64,000 nt of DNA from Calditrichaceae bacterium (GCA_050173015.1 JBFXLE010000004.1:32001-96000), one strand, 5' to 3'; numbered from the stretch's first letter, positions 9,494 through 20,200 are shown. The notes: generated from the letters alone by a model not told the origin. Numbers and translations: made by a program.

Positions 9494-10032
9494 AACAGAT
9501 ACGGGCGTAACCACTTTATTTGCCTGACCGTGGTTGTTACCGGAGCGGCAATCGGCGCCACGAAGGGCAATATGGGGCTTTGGGTTTCCGTGGGCGTTGC
9601 GCTTAGCATTGGTTTCTGAGCTCTTGTTGCTGAATGGCCCATAGAAAGTATGATGAATCTTGAGTGCCAATTCCGGAAAAAATACTAAAAGGGTCTCCAA
9701 CCCGCGGATTGCTCTCCCATTGATGAAATTTCGCAAGTTGATGATGAAGTTGGGAGGAAAATAGCCTTTAGCCGGAATCTTTTTATGACCTATCAGTTAA
9801 ATACAAGTGAGACTAAAAGCCGTCTGTCGGATAAAAATAAATGGCCAGGCAAAAGTGGGAAATGTGATCCCTATAACGGTTTTGGTACAGCCCGCCGACG
9901 CGTATATAAGCGTCGATGAAAAAATGTTTAAAGTGGTGTGCATCTATGGCTGAACCCGGGCGACTACGCGGCGTACGAGGTTGGTTGAACGTATCCAATA
10001 AATATCTACGGGTCAGGTAACAGGAGAAAAAG

Positions 10033-10761
10033 ATGGCTGACAAACAAAAAGGGGATGAGAAGAAGCAGGCGGATTCCCTGTCTCAACCACAGGTAATCAG
10101 AGATGTTTTTATAGTAGGTTCCCCGATCATAGTGTTTGGGATCATCGGAAACCTGATTGGACTGAGTACCCTGGCGGGGGGCGCCGTCATCAATCTGGGC
10201 TACCTAATCATGATTGTTGTCGGGGCGGGTTTACTTCAAAAGCGGAATAGCGGCTGGCGGGAAATCGGATTGAATAGACCGGCCGGATGGCTAAAAACCG
10301 CATTGTCAGGTGTCGCGGTATTTGTCGGCGCGGTCGTTCTCTTTCTCGCGGTACAGGGCATCGCTGTTGGTTTGCTGACGGCGTTGGGTTTGACTCTGGG
10401 TGAAATAGATCAGAGCCGGTTTAACCCCATTGAAGGCAATTTACCAATGTTCATTTTAATGGTCGCCTTGGCATGGACCACTATCGCGTTTGGTGAGGAG
10501 CTTTTCTTCCGCGCCTTTCTCATTAGCCGCATGGTTGATTTTACCCGGATTGATAAAGGTTACGTCATCTGGATCGCGGGGGCTGTTTTTGGGGCGGCGC
10601 ATTTCGCGGAGGGCCCGGTGGGTGTCCTGGCAAATGCTTCATTTGGTGTTTTTTTTGGGTGGATTTATCTGCGAAGCGCGCGAAACCTGTGGATCACCAT
10701 TATTGGTCATGGATTATTAAATACACTTCGTTTTAGCCTTTTGTTCGCCGGAGCGGCATAG
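10033..10761 (+). CDS. CPBP (CAAX/Abi) intramembrane glutamic endopeptidase
   Basis: EELFFR, FGAAH, HGLLN motifs; multiple TM helices. Confidence 0.9.
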   Translation: MADKQKGDEKKQADSLSQPQVIRDVFIVGSPIIVFGIIGNLIGLSTLAGGAVINLGYLIMIVVGAGLLQKRNSGWREIGLNRPAGWLKTALSGVAVFVGAVVLFLAVQGIAVGLLTALGLTLGEIDQSRFNPIEGNLPMFILMVALAWTTIAFGEELFFRAFLISRMVDFTRIDKGYVIWIAGAVFGAAHFAEGPVGVLANASFGVFFGWIYLRSARNLWITIIGHGLLNTLRFSLLFAGAA

Positions 10762-11034
10762 CAGTTCTACCGCCAACCGTTTAACGGTGCCGTGAGATCT
10801 CTGACAGTGTCGGGGAAAACCCGGTTGTGTTATAAAGATTGATTTGCGGTTAATCCTGACAGGTAAATATAGTGATGTGAAATCCGAAGAGAATATTTGC
10901 CTGAAAATTCATATATTACAATCCAGGTAGAATAGAAATGGATGTATCTAACGGAGTGCGTCTAAAAACTATTGGGTGGAAGAATCTCATCATTCCATTT
11001 TACAACGAGATGATAATTATTAGGAAGGGTACAC

Positions 11035-11565
11035 GTGTCTATATATCAGAAAATCGGCAGAATAGGACCAAAGTATTTCAGCAAGGCAAAGCTCTTTAAA
11101 TACGGATTTAACTACTTACCCATGTATAGAAGAAGCACGGCAAGGGTCACGGATGTATCGGAAGACCTTTTAACGGTAAAAATAAAGCTGCCCATTAACT
11201 ACAAGAACAGAAATTACGTCGGATCTATTTTTGGCGGCAGCATGTTCTCTTCGGCAGACCCGATCCCGATGGTTCAGCTTATCAATATTCTGAAAAATGA
11301 ATACATTGTATGGGATAAGTCAGCCGAAATATATTTTAAAGCGCCGGCCAGAGAAGCTCTTTACGCCGAATTTATCTACTCGCGATCAGAGTTGGATGAA
11401 ATAAAGAAACAGGTTTCGGAAAATGGCGAAACGGAAATTGTAAAAACCACTCTGTTTACAAATAAAGACAGGGCTAAAGTTTTTTGTGAAGTCAAAAAAA
11501 CAATATACATCGCATCGAAAGAACACTTTAAGAAAAAGCGTCAGGCAAAAGTAAAAGAGCTGTAG
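11035..11565 (+). CDS. DUF4442 hotdog-fold/thioesterase-like protein
   Basis: NRNYVGSIFGGSMFS, VWDKSAEIYFKAP. Confidence 0.85.
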   Translation: MSIYQKIGRIGPKYFSKAKLFKYGFNYLPMYRRSTARVTDVSEDLLTVKIKLPINYKNRNYVGSIFGGSMFSSADPIPMVQLINILKNEYIVWDKSAEIYFKAPAREALYAEFIYSRSELDEIKKQVSENGETEIVKTTLFTNKDRAKVFCEVKKTIYIASKEHFKKKRQAKVKEL

Positions 11566-11797
11566 TTATTTAATGAATGGCAATCTCTCACAGCCTCCCA
11601 CGACCGATGTTCATTTTTTAATCCGATGCTCCATCTGACCCGGATGCGGCAGTTCAATGACGATACAAGCCATATTTAACTCCGCACTGGATTTTTATGT
11701 CAAATTCCTCTATCATTTAATTGAATTGAAGATGTTATATGGTTTATTGATCCGGGATTACGGTGAAAAAACCGCGTCTTCGTTAAGGATATTTTAT

Positions 11798-12424
11798 ATG
11801 AAACTTATTTTCGCGGGACTTGGAAGAACCGGAACGACATCCCTGGTAAAAGCGATGGAAATTCTGGGGTTGTCGGTTCTGGCTCAGGAAAAACTTTTCC
11901 GGAACAGAAAAGCGCACAGAAATGTGAATGATAGCCTGAGAGGCAAAGCCGATCTTGATCCGGATATATTTTCGGGCATTGATGTAACCATCGGATGGCC
12001 GCTCTGTTTTTTATTTAAAGAGCAGCTTGATCGTTTTCCCGATGCCCATTGTATTCTGAATGTGCGTGAACCGGAAAGATGGTTTGATAGCGTTGAAAAA
12101 ACCTGGGATCAAATCAGGATAATACGCAAAGCCCGCTACGTACCTAAAATACGTGAAATCAACGCGACACTGGATTATATTCAGGAAAGATTCGGAGGGG
12201 CTCCCGAGAAAAAGCGCTGGATTGAAGCGTATCACAATCATCTAGCTCTGGTAAAATCAACGGTTCCTCCTGATCGCTTAACCGTTTACCAAATTCACGA
12301 AGGATGGGATCCTTTATGCGAGATTCTCGGTATCGAAGTTCCGCAAGTAGAGTTTCCAGTCAAAAATACCGGCAAAAGCGGTGAGCTTGGGAAAAAACTG
12401 AAAAATTTATTTGGTATCGGATAA
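11798..12424 (+). CDS. Sulfotransferase family (Sulfotransfer_4-like)
   Basis: AGLGRTGTTSL P-loop, WFDS, GWDPLCEILG, FP; start moved to MKLIF. Confidence 0.8.
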   Translation: MKLIFAGLGRTGTTSLVKAMEILGLSVLAQEKLFRNRKAHRNVNDSLRGKADLDPDIFSGIDVTIGWPLCFLFKEQLDRFPDAHCILNVREPERWFDSVEKTWDQIRIIRKARYVPKIREINATLDYIQERFGGAPEKKRWIEAYHNHLALVKSTVPPDRLTVYQIHEGWDPLCEILGIEVPQVEFPVKNTGKSGELGKKLKNLFGIG

Positions 12425-12482
12425 TAAACAATCATTTTGACAGACAATGCAAATTTATCAATTGAAAAAGGAATTATGAACC

Positions 12483-13430
12483 TTGCGAAATGAATCAAAT
12501 ATCCTCAATTCCATTGGAAACACGCCGCTCGTTGAACTAAAGCATGTGGTGCCGGATGGCTGCGCGCGCATCCTCTTAAAGCTCGAAAGCCACAATCCGA
12601 CGGGCAGTATGAAAGATCGTATGGCGCGCGCCGTGATAACAGGAGCCGTTTCGCGCGGTGAGCTGGTTGTCAAAGGAACCGTTGTTGAATACACGGGGGG
12701 CAGCACCGGCACTTCGCTGGCGTTTGTGTGCGCCGCCATGGGGTATCAGTTGTCGATTGTTACGTCCGACGCGTTCAGCAGGGAGAAGCGGGATCATATG
12801 CGCGCCCTTGGGGCTCAGGTTCTTGAACTCCCGAGCGATGGAGGTAAAACGACTAAAGAACTGATACAGCGGATGATTGCAAAGGCCAGGGAGCTCAGCG
12901 CCTCCCCCAATTCTTTTTTTGCGGATCAGTTTAACAATCCCGACGCCGCTTCAGGCTATGTGTCCATGGCTGAGGAAATCTGGGAACAATCGGGCCAAAA
13001 TGTAGATGCTTTTGTCCAGTCGGTGGGCACGGCGCAATGCATCACCGGCGCATCCGGCGCTTTGCGCGGACTCAACAGCGCTATTCATATAACCGCCGTT
13101 GAACCCGCTGAATCTCCGGTACTGTCAGGCGGGCAGCCCGGTCCCCATAAAATTGAAGGTGTCGGCCCGGGATTTATTCCGCCAATCTGGACGGCCGGTC
13201 TGGCTGATGAGATTGTTCAGATTTCAACCGGTGACGCCAAAGAGATGGCCAGACGTCTGGCAAGGGAAGAGGCCATATTCGCGGGCACATCTACCGGCGC
13301 CAATGTTTTAGCCGCCATCCGGGTCTCGGCGCGCCTGGGTTCCAGACATACGGTCGCCACCGTCGCCTGTGACTCGGGGCTGAAGTATTTGTCAACCGAT
13401 CTGTACGCTTTCACCGATCAGATAGTTTAA
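12483..13430 (+). CDS. PLP-dependent cysteine synthase family protein
   Basis: IGNTPLV, NPTGSMKDR (PLP lysine), GPHKIEGVG, CDSGLKYLST. Confidence 0.9.
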   Translation: MRNESNILNSIGNTPLVELKHVVPDGCARILLKLESHNPTGSMKDRMARAVITGAVSRGELVVKGTVVEYTGGSTGTSLAFVCAAMGYQLSIVTSDAFSREKRDHMRALGAQVLELPSDGGKTTKELIQRMIAKARELSASPNSFFADQFNNPDAASGYVSMAEEIWEQSGQNVDAFVQSVGTAQCITGASGALRGLNSAIHITAVEPAESPVLSGGQPGPHKIEGVGPGFIPPIWTAGLADEIVQISTGDAKEMARRLAREEAIFAGTSTGANVLAAIRVSARLGSRHTVATVACDSGLKYLSTDLYAFTDQIV

Positions 13431-13447
13431 AAAAAGCGGATCACAAT

Positions 13448-13837
13448 ATGGCACCCTTGATTGAAACCAAAAGGCTGATTCTAAAAGCATTATCGCGCGG
13501 AGATGCGTCCCTCATGTACTCTTACCGCTCCGATCCCGAGGTAACGCGCTATCAGTCGTGGCATCCGGCGAGTGAACATGAAGCGGAGTCGTTTATTATA
13601 GAGACAAATAAAACTGATTTTAATACGGTGGACACATGGTTTCAGCTTGGCGTCTATCTGAAATCAACCGGGGAACTGATCGGGGATATCGGTATTCATT
13701 TCCTCGCTCCGGATAACCGGCAGGCGGAGATCGGATTCACCATTGCTCCAAAACATCAGCGCAAAGGATATGCCACCGAAGCGGTTGCGCAGGTTTTCAG
13801 ATTGAATCAAAATCTCCCGATTGAATTCGTGGTTTAG
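13448..13837 (+). pseudogene. RimJ/RimL GNAT acetyltransferase, C-terminally truncated
   Basis: IETKRLIL, EIGFTIAP, QRKGYATEA; ends at 129 aa without the usual C-terminal N..S..L motif; the last codons come from a degenerate REP. Confidence 0.7.
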
Positions 13838-14970
13838 ACAGGAGACCATGTAGCCAATAATTTTTGCACAATATAAACCTGGCGAACTAATCTAGAACGG
13901 GGGTGAAAATGAAAATCAGCGTACTAACCCATGACTTTAGTCATGGGTATAAGATGAGACAGAACAAATAAGAAACCGATTCATCGGTTTCAATAGAAAG
14001 GACATGATGTCTAAACGCACACACACAGCCTGTTATATACACCTGATTTGGGGAGTAAAAGACAGAGCGCCGCTTTTATCTTCAAATGAAGTTCAGAAAA
14101 AGGTAAATCACTATTTTCAAAACTATTTAAATGAGTTGGAAATAAACCTTATAGGGTTACACACAAATTCAGATCATGTCCATTTGTTAATTGAACTGCC
14201 ATTAAACAGAACCATACAGGATATTGTAAAACTTCTAAAAGGCAGTTCATCACATTGGATAAATCAGAATGATATTATTAAAATGAAATTTGCCTGGGCG
14301 GTGGGTTACGCCGCCTTTACGGTGTCTAAATCGAATGTCTCAAAAGTAAAAAGATATATCCTGAATCAGAAGGAGCACCATAGAGAAGCCACTTTTACTC
14401 AAGAGTACGAGAAGTTCATTGCAAACCGATAAATCGGTTTCTGAGGACTTCAGATGGTCCACAAACCCCACGATTAAAATCGTGGGTTAAGTAAGAGGAC
14501 ATGTAGCCAATAATTATTGTTCAATAAAAATGCGGTGTACTAAGCCATAACGATGGTGAAAATGAAAATCAGCATACTAACCCATGACTTTAGTCATGGG
14601 CATGAGACGCTGCAGCAGCAAAAAGAAACTGATTCATAGGTTACACAGGTATTTAGATAGGTTCACAAACCCCACGATTAAAATCGTGGGTTAGGCAAGA
14701 GTCCATGTAGCCGATGACATTGACGGAATAGAAATCAGGTGTACTAACCCATGACTTCAGTCATGGGTATAAGACACGGCAGAAGCAAAAAGAAACTGAT
14801 TCATAGGTTGCACAGGTATTTAGATAGGTTCACAAACCCCCACGATTAAAATCGTGGGTTAGGCAAGAGTCCATGCAGCCGATGACATTGACGGAATAAA
14901 AATCTGGTGTACTAACCCATGACTTCAGTCATGGGTATAAGACACGGCAGAAGCAAAAAGAAACCGATCA
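13808..14970. repeat. REP/REPIN tandem array (alternating inverted REPs, ~167-bp unit)
   Basis: TAACCCATGACTTYAGTCATGGG at 13925, 14578, 14745, 14913; inverted CCCACGATTAAAATCGTGGGTTA at ~14467, 14671, 14839 (degenerate at ~13814). Confidence 0.9.
14004..14432 (+). mobile_element. tnpA: IS200/IS605-family Y1 HUH transposase (REP-associated, RAYT-like)
   Basis: HLIWGVKDR, DHVHLL (HUH), LKGSSS, WAVGY, YILNQKEHH; flanked by REPs. Confidence 0.9.
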
Positions 14971-15276
14971 GCATGTCCTACTTGCTTGAGAAGATACATG
15001 ATGCCCTGATAAGTTAATACCTGTATGCAACCGATCGATCAAAGCTGAATTCCGTCCGCCGGTTCCTGCTGGGTGTTTCTATTAAATTGTCAATCTTTTT
15101 TTCTTTGTTTTTGCCATTTCTCCAACTGTGAGTTATATTTATTTCAACTTTTTTCCAAACACCGCTGCATCAGCAGCCTTTGACATATTTATCATCATCT
15201 TCGCAATACAAAACAAAAGAATATTTAGTGTGGTGCCTATTTAATCCCATCCGGTATAAACAGGCATTTTTTTTGG

Positions 15277-15558
15277 GTGGTTAATAATTTAAAAAATAAC
15301 CCCCTAACCCCCTTTATTCTGGCCATGGTTACCGGTGACCGTCAGGAAAGAAACATTAACAAAATTACACGGGACAAAGCCTACACCTATTTAAAAGACG
15401 CGGTGGACGCGGTACGCGATTGCGGGCAGTATGTATTCTGGAGGAACGAGCAACGCTTAAAAGGTTATATCAGTCAGTACCGCAAACGTTGGACCAAGGC
15501 AAAGGATACCGGGAACAATGCCGTCACCGAAGAAGAAGCATCTTATAATTTAATGTAA
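15277..15558 (+). pseudogene. Probable 3' fragment of a hypothetical protein gene
   Basis: Protein-like C-terminus (RDKAYTYLKDAVDAVRDCGQYVFW); the 5' end lies in homopolymer-rich sequence with a weak GTG start. Confidence 0.4.
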
Positions 15559-15764
15559 ATAACACGCTTCCAGCTATTAATTGCAATAGTGATTGATAGC
15601 CGGGAACTTTTTTATTGAACGTAAACGACTTCCGGGTTTCCCGAAAGAAAATATCTCGCCCCCCCGTAAAAAATAAATTCTAAGAATAGAAAGTATCATT
15701 TTCCCAATTAGCTTTATCTGAATTCACAGATCTGAATGATCAGATTCATTACAAAGGGGAGCCT

Positions 15765-15975
15765 AAAAACCGCGGAGGGACGGGTCACACTCCGGAGGGA
15801 AGGAGCAAACTTCGGAGGGAAGGGGCACAACTCCGGAGGGAAAGGGTACAATACCGGAGGGACTGGGTACAACCCCGGAGGGAAGGGGTACACCCCCGGA
15901 GGGACGGGTAAAACTTCGGAGGGGAGGGGTACAACCCCGGAGGGGAGTCCAAAAATACCGGAGGGAAGGTTCAAA
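15765..15975. repeat. G-rich 20/21-bp tandem repeat (CCGGAGGG core), 10 units
   Basis: GGAGGG at 15774, 15794, 15814, 15835, 15856, 15877, 15898, 15918, 15939, 15960. Confidence 0.9.
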
Positions 15976-16049
15976 ATTGACAAAAAAGAGAAATATTCAG
16001 GTTAAAAATGTAAAATATGATGTAATGATCTTTGAAATAATAGGTCAAG

Positions 16050-16120
16050 CCCGACGCTGTAGGCGTCGCATCTTTGTAGAACAGGATTCCCGAGGTAATT
16101 GTACGACCCCCACCGGGATG
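16050..16120. repeat. Partial copy of REP-like family 2
   Basis: CCCGACGCTGTAGGCGTCGCATCTTTGTAGAACAGGATTCC...CGACCCC aligns with 3692-3753. Confidence 0.6.
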
Positions 16121-16310
16121 AGCAACGATATAAGGGATATATAAGTCAATATATCAAGCCTCATAATAAAAATCGCTCAATTATCCGGCAGGAATGTTTT
16201 CCATCTGTTTTATAGTTACTAGTTCAAATGCCGGTAATTTCTAATATTTTTGAACTTTTTACTGGGGACACACACCAAAACATACATGAAAAATGCAGGG
16301 GGGAGCCAAC

Positions 16311-16757
16311 ATGAATCATTCAACTCAATCAGAACAGGGACACAAGTTGCTAAAATACGGGATTTTGCTGTTTTTATTAGGATTACTAACCGGATTTGTA
16401 ATACCGGCGATGCAGAATCCGCGCATGGGACTGTCAAGTCATCTTGAAGCGGTGATGAACGGTATGTTTTTGGTTTTGCTGGGAATCATCTGGCCCAAAT
16501 TGCGTCTGTCAGACAGATTGCTTAAATGGTCATTCTTTCTTGCCCTTTTTGGCACATATACGAACTGGATAACCACTTTACTGGCGGGAATTTGGGGTGC
16601 CGGCGCGGACATGATGCCCATTGCCGCCGGTGGATTTTATGGAGTCGCCTGGCAGGAGGCACTGATTAAATTCGGATTAATTTCTTTGTCCTTAGCGATG
16701 GTCATTGTAAGTGGGATGTCGTTTTGGGGGCTGAGAAGCGGCGCTTCAAACAGTTAA
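16311..16757 (+). CDS. Four-TM membrane protein, styrene-oxide-isomerase (StyC)-like
   Basis: SSHLEAVMNG resembles StyC AHSGPALNG; RBS GGGAG. Confidence 0.55.
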   Translation: MNHSTQSEQGHKLLKYGILLFLLGLLTGFVIPAMQNPRMGLSSHLEAVMNGMFLVLLGIIWPKLRLSDRLLKWSFFLALFGTYTNWITTLLAGIWGAGADMMPIAAGGFYGVAWQEALIKFGLISLSLAMVIVSGMSFWGLRSGASNS

Positions 16758-16870
16758 GAAATTCCAATTTGACAGAATTCATTTACTTTAAGACATTTAA
16801 GTATATAATTTTGATCCTGAATATCGGGAAGAAATTTGAATATTATAAATATTTATGAAAGAGGTGGAAA

Positions 16871-17302
16871 ATGAAAAAAGGTGATAAGCCTGTAATCGTA
16901 GAGCAAAGCTTTAAAAGACCGGTCTTGGATGTTTGGAACGCCATCACGAATTTAGATTTGATGAAGAAATGGTACTTTGATAATATTCCCGCGTTTAAAG
17001 CGGAGGTGGGGTTTAAAACTCAGTTTAATGTCACCAATGAAGGAAGAAATTTTCTGCACCTTTGGGAAATCACAGAGGTCGTGCCACAGAAAAAAATCGC
17101 CTATTCCTGGAAATTCAGGGAATATCCGGGTGAGGGATTAGTGGAATTTCAGATATCCCAAAAAGATGATATGACGCATTTAAAGCTAACCAACAGTTTT
17201 ATCGAAAATTTTCCTGATGGTATTCCCGAGTTTACCAGAGAAAGTTGTACCGCGGGATGGGAGTATTTTATACAACAAAGATTAAAGGAATATTTGGGAT
17301 AA
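16871..17302 (+). CDS. SRPBCC/AHSA1 domain protein
   Basis: VWNAIT...KKWYF, IAYSW, GWEYF. Confidence 0.85.
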   Translation: MKKGDKPVIVEQSFKRPVLDVWNAITNLDLMKKWYFDNIPAFKAEVGFKTQFNVTNEGRNFLHLWEITEVVPQKKIAYSWKFREYPGEGLVEFQISQKDDMTHLKLTNSFIENFPDGIPEFTRESCTAGWEYFIQQRLKEYLG

Positions 17303-17592
17303 AATACCAAACAGGCCATCAAAAATTATACGGACAGAGTTTTCAGTGATGCAATATCAGCCTGAGCTGCAAATGATCCGGTGGATAGCATTTTTTAATA
17401 CCGTTGGTCCGGTCCGGGAAAATTTTTCGTACGATTGGTGAATTGTCAATTATTTGCTCCGGTCGGAAGAGTGTTTTCTGAATTGACCCGAAATTTGGTA
17501 TATGCATCTTCACGGTTTTAGCTGCTGAACCTCCCCTGCCGGCGCGCGAATATTTGATGTATACCGGCTTCCCTGATGAGGAAAATAATGTT

Positions 17593-18474
17593 ATGTCATT
17601 AGCCCGAATCATTGTGATAACTTCACTGGCTATGATTGCATTCGCGGGAAATTCGCTGCTCTGCCGGATCGCTTTTAAAGAAACCGACATTGATGCAGCC
17701 AGCTTCACCACCATCCGATTAATCTCGGGCGCGGTGATGCTCTGGGTGGTCGCCCGCATACGGGCCGGGAAGCATGTCGGTAAGGGCAGTTGGCTGTCGG
17801 CAACGGCGTTGTTTGTCTATGCGGCCGGTTTTTCCTTCGCCTATCTGAGTTTGTCTGTGGCAACCGGAGCGTTGCTGCTCTTTGCTTCTGTTCAGGCGAC
17901 GATGATCGGGTATGGCATCTGGACAGGAGAACGGCTGCTTAAACTGCAGATCATCGGTCTTATTTGCGCTCTGGTAGGCCTGGTTGGTTTTTTGTTGCCG
18001 GGGATCTCAGCGCCGCCGTTATATGAGTCCGTCCTAATGTTGATTGCCGGGGGCGCGTGGGGCATTTATTCAATAAGGGGGAAGGCGACGGGTGATCCCA
18101 CCCGGATAACGGCGGGGAATTTCCTTCGCGCGGTTCCTATCGCTGTAGTTTTGAGCATATTAATGTTGGATCATTCCTCTTTGGATGTCCCCGGATTTTG
18201 GTACGCGGTTTCTTCCGGCGCCGTTGCGTCAGGAATTGGTTACGCTATATGGTACGCGGCATTACCGTTCTTGTCAGCGACAAACGCGGCAACAGTCCAA
18301 CTCAGTGTTCCGGTCATAGCGGCCCTGGGTGGCATTGTGTTGCTTGGGGAGCATATGACCTTACGCTTAGCGCTGTCGTCTGCCGCAATTCTCGGCGGAA
18401 TTGCCCTGGTAATTCGTGTGAGGCAGCATGGTTTATCGCCCGATGAACCGCTTCAGGCGGCTTCAAAAAATTAA
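17593..18474 (+). CDS. DMT/EamA family transporter
   Basis: AFAGNSLLCR, GYAIWY, QLSVPVIAA...LGE; about 10 TMs. Confidence 0.9.
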   Translation: MSLARIIVITSLAMIAFAGNSLLCRIAFKETDIDAASFTTIRLISGAVMLWVVARIRAGKHVGKGSWLSATALFVYAAGFSFAYLSLSVATGALLLFASVQATMIGYGIWTGERLLKLQIIGLICALVGLVGFLLPGISAPPLYESVLMLIAGGAWGIYSIRGKATGDPTRITAGNFLRAVPIAVVLSILMLDHSSLDVPGFWYAVSSGAVASGIGYAIWYAALPFLSATNAATVQLSVPVIAALGGIVLLGEHMTLRLALSSAAILGGIALVIRVRQHGLSPDEPLQAASKN

Positions 18475-18629
18475 ATGATATTATACTCTACAAATTAGTT
18501 TACGCCACAGGCTTCTATCACCGCTGAAGAAATAAAAGCCGGTGAAAGTATGTTTATTTAAGCATCACCAAATAAAATCGTAAGAGTTGACAACAAATAA
18601 CAGTGATTACCCCTAAAAAGAACGTCAAC

Positions 18630-18718
18630 GGCTGGTCATTGACCTGACGGACGACAGGGGTAACGACACTTTCCGCGATACCGAAGCGTGTTTTTAGTCC
18701 GAGGTATTAATGTTGTGA
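18630..18718 (+). other. Decayed attC-like site
   Basis: ATTGACCTGACGGAC pairs imperfectly with GTCCGAGGTATT, followed by GTTGTG just before the next RBS. Confidence 0.3.
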
Positions 18719-18731
18719 ATCGGAAGGAGAA

Positions 18732-19184
18732 ATGATCATGTCAACCGGCACCGTACAGCTTCACCGGGTACTCCGCGCGAGTCCGGAACGTATTTACCGG
18801 GCTTTTTTAGACGCTGAGGCGATGGCTAAGTGGCTTCCGCCATTCGGCTTCACGTGCAGAGTTGATCATCTGGACGCCAAAGTCGGTGGTACTTACAAGA
18901 TGTCCTTTACGAACTTCACAACAGGCAAGGGTCATTCCTTTGGCGGTGAGTATCGTGAACTGGTGCCATTCGAACGAATTCACTACACGGACCGTTTTGA
19001 TGATCCAAATTTACCCGGAGAAATGCGGACGATGGTCACGCTGAAACCGGTATCCTGCGGAACGGATTTAAATATCGTACAGGAGGGGATTCCGGAACTC
19101 ATTCCCCTGGAGATGTGCTATCTCGGCTGGCAGGAATCGCTCGCGCAGCTCGCGAATCTGGTCGAGCCCGAAATCACGGATTAA
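18732..19184 (+). CDS. SRPBCC family protein
   Basis: LHRVLRASPERIYRAF, KWLPP, GWQESL. Confidence 0.9.
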   Translation: MIMSTGTVQLHRVLRASPERIYRAFLDAEAMAKWLPPFGFTCRVDHLDAKVGGTYKMSFTNFTTGKGHSFGGEYRELVPFERIHYTDRFDDPNLPGEMRTMVTLKPVSCGTDLNIVQEGIPELIPLEMCYLGWQESLAQLANLVEPEITD

Positions 19185-19297
19185 GATCGCGATATTTTGC
19201 CCCTTGTCCCGGCTCACTACTTTAGCAGATTCATAACTTAAACAGATGTTTTTTTGAGATCAACTTAACTTTACTTATCAGAAAAGGAGTAATTCTA

Positions 19298-19615
19298 ATG
19301 GCTCAATATATTATTACTTACCTGGGAGGTAATCAACCATCCAGTCCCGACGAAGGTAAACGGCACTTCGCGAAATATAAAGAGTGGTTGTCATCGCTGG
19401 GAGACTCCGCGGTGAGTCCCGCTAATCCGATCAAGAATACGAGTACTGTAAACTCTGACGGTACCGTCACTTCGAAAAGTATAACTTCAATGTCCGGTTA
19501 CACGATCATTGAAGCTGAATCGAAAGAAACCGCGCTAAAGATCGCGAAAACCTGCCCGTTTCTTGAAATCGGCGGTTCTCTCGAAGTATCAGAATTAATG
19601 AAGATGCCCTTCTGA
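19298..19615 (+). CDS. YciI family protein
   Basis: SGYTIIEAES...AKTCPFLEIGGSLEV. Confidence 0.8.
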   Translation: MAQYIITYLGGNQPSSPDEGKRHFAKYKEWLSSLGDSAVSPANPIKNTSTVNSDGTVTSKSITSMSGYTIIEAESKETALKIAKTCPFLEIGGSLEVSELMKMPF

Positions 19616-19765
19616 ACAAGATTTCTGAAAATGGCTGCATCCGTCAGCCGGGTGTTTACAATATCGCTGTACATGACTCAGATTCTGCCGACGACGAACA
19701 ATACAGATTTTGACAGAAATTAAACCATTTTAAAAAAAAATACACAAATCTGTAAAGGAAAGAAG

Positions 19766-20200
19766 ATGATAACAATCAATCCATATTTAACATTCAGCGG
19801 GCGCTGTGAAGAAGCCTTCCATTTTTACAAGTCTGTATTTGGCGGTGATTTTCTCTATGTGGGGAAATATGAGGAAATGCCTGCAAATCCGGAGTACCCG
19901 CTTTCAGATGCCGACAAAGAAAAAATAATGCATATTTCATTACCCATCAGTAAGGAGACGGTTTTAATGGGAAGTGATTCTGTCCAGTCATTTGGCGAAG
20001 CCAATAAAGAAGGAAATAACTTTTCCATTTCGATAAATACTGATTCTGTAGAAGAAACGACAAGAATTTTCAACGCGCTTTCAAAAGACGGAAAAATCAA
20101 AATGCCTCTGGATAAAACATTTTGGGGAGCCTATTTTGGCATGTTTACCGATAAATTCGGCATACACTGGATGGTAAATTGCGAACTAAAGGGTGAATAA
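19766..20200 (+). CDS. VOC/PhnB family protein
   Basis: PYLTFSGRCEEAFHFY, IMH, TFWGAYFGMFTDKFGIHWMVN. Confidence 0.9.
   Translation: MITINPYLTFSGRCEEAFHFYKSVFGGDFLYVGKYEEMPANPEYPLSDADKEKIMHISLPISKETVLMGSDSVQSFGEANKEGNNFSISINTDSVEETTRIFNALSKDGKIKMPLDKTFWGAYFGMFTDKFGIHWMVNCELKGE

Noticed and set aside
9490-9619. Stop-codon readthrough of the ATPase into a glycine-rich TM tail
   Set aside because: The in-frame hydrophobic stretch after TGA more likely belongs to a decayed small membrane gene; no SECIS-like or other recoding evidence seen
14004-14432. IS605 element with TnpB/omega-RNA
   Set aside because: No tnpB or iscB next to tnpA
14570-14970. CRISPR array
   Set aside because: The palindromic repeats alternate in orientation, the intervening sequences are near-identical rather than unique spacers, and there are no cas genes; this is a REP/REPIN array
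15714-16005. ORFs on both strands across the G-rich repeat
   Set aside because: Open frames are a by-product of low-complexity repeats; the 20-bp units shift frame
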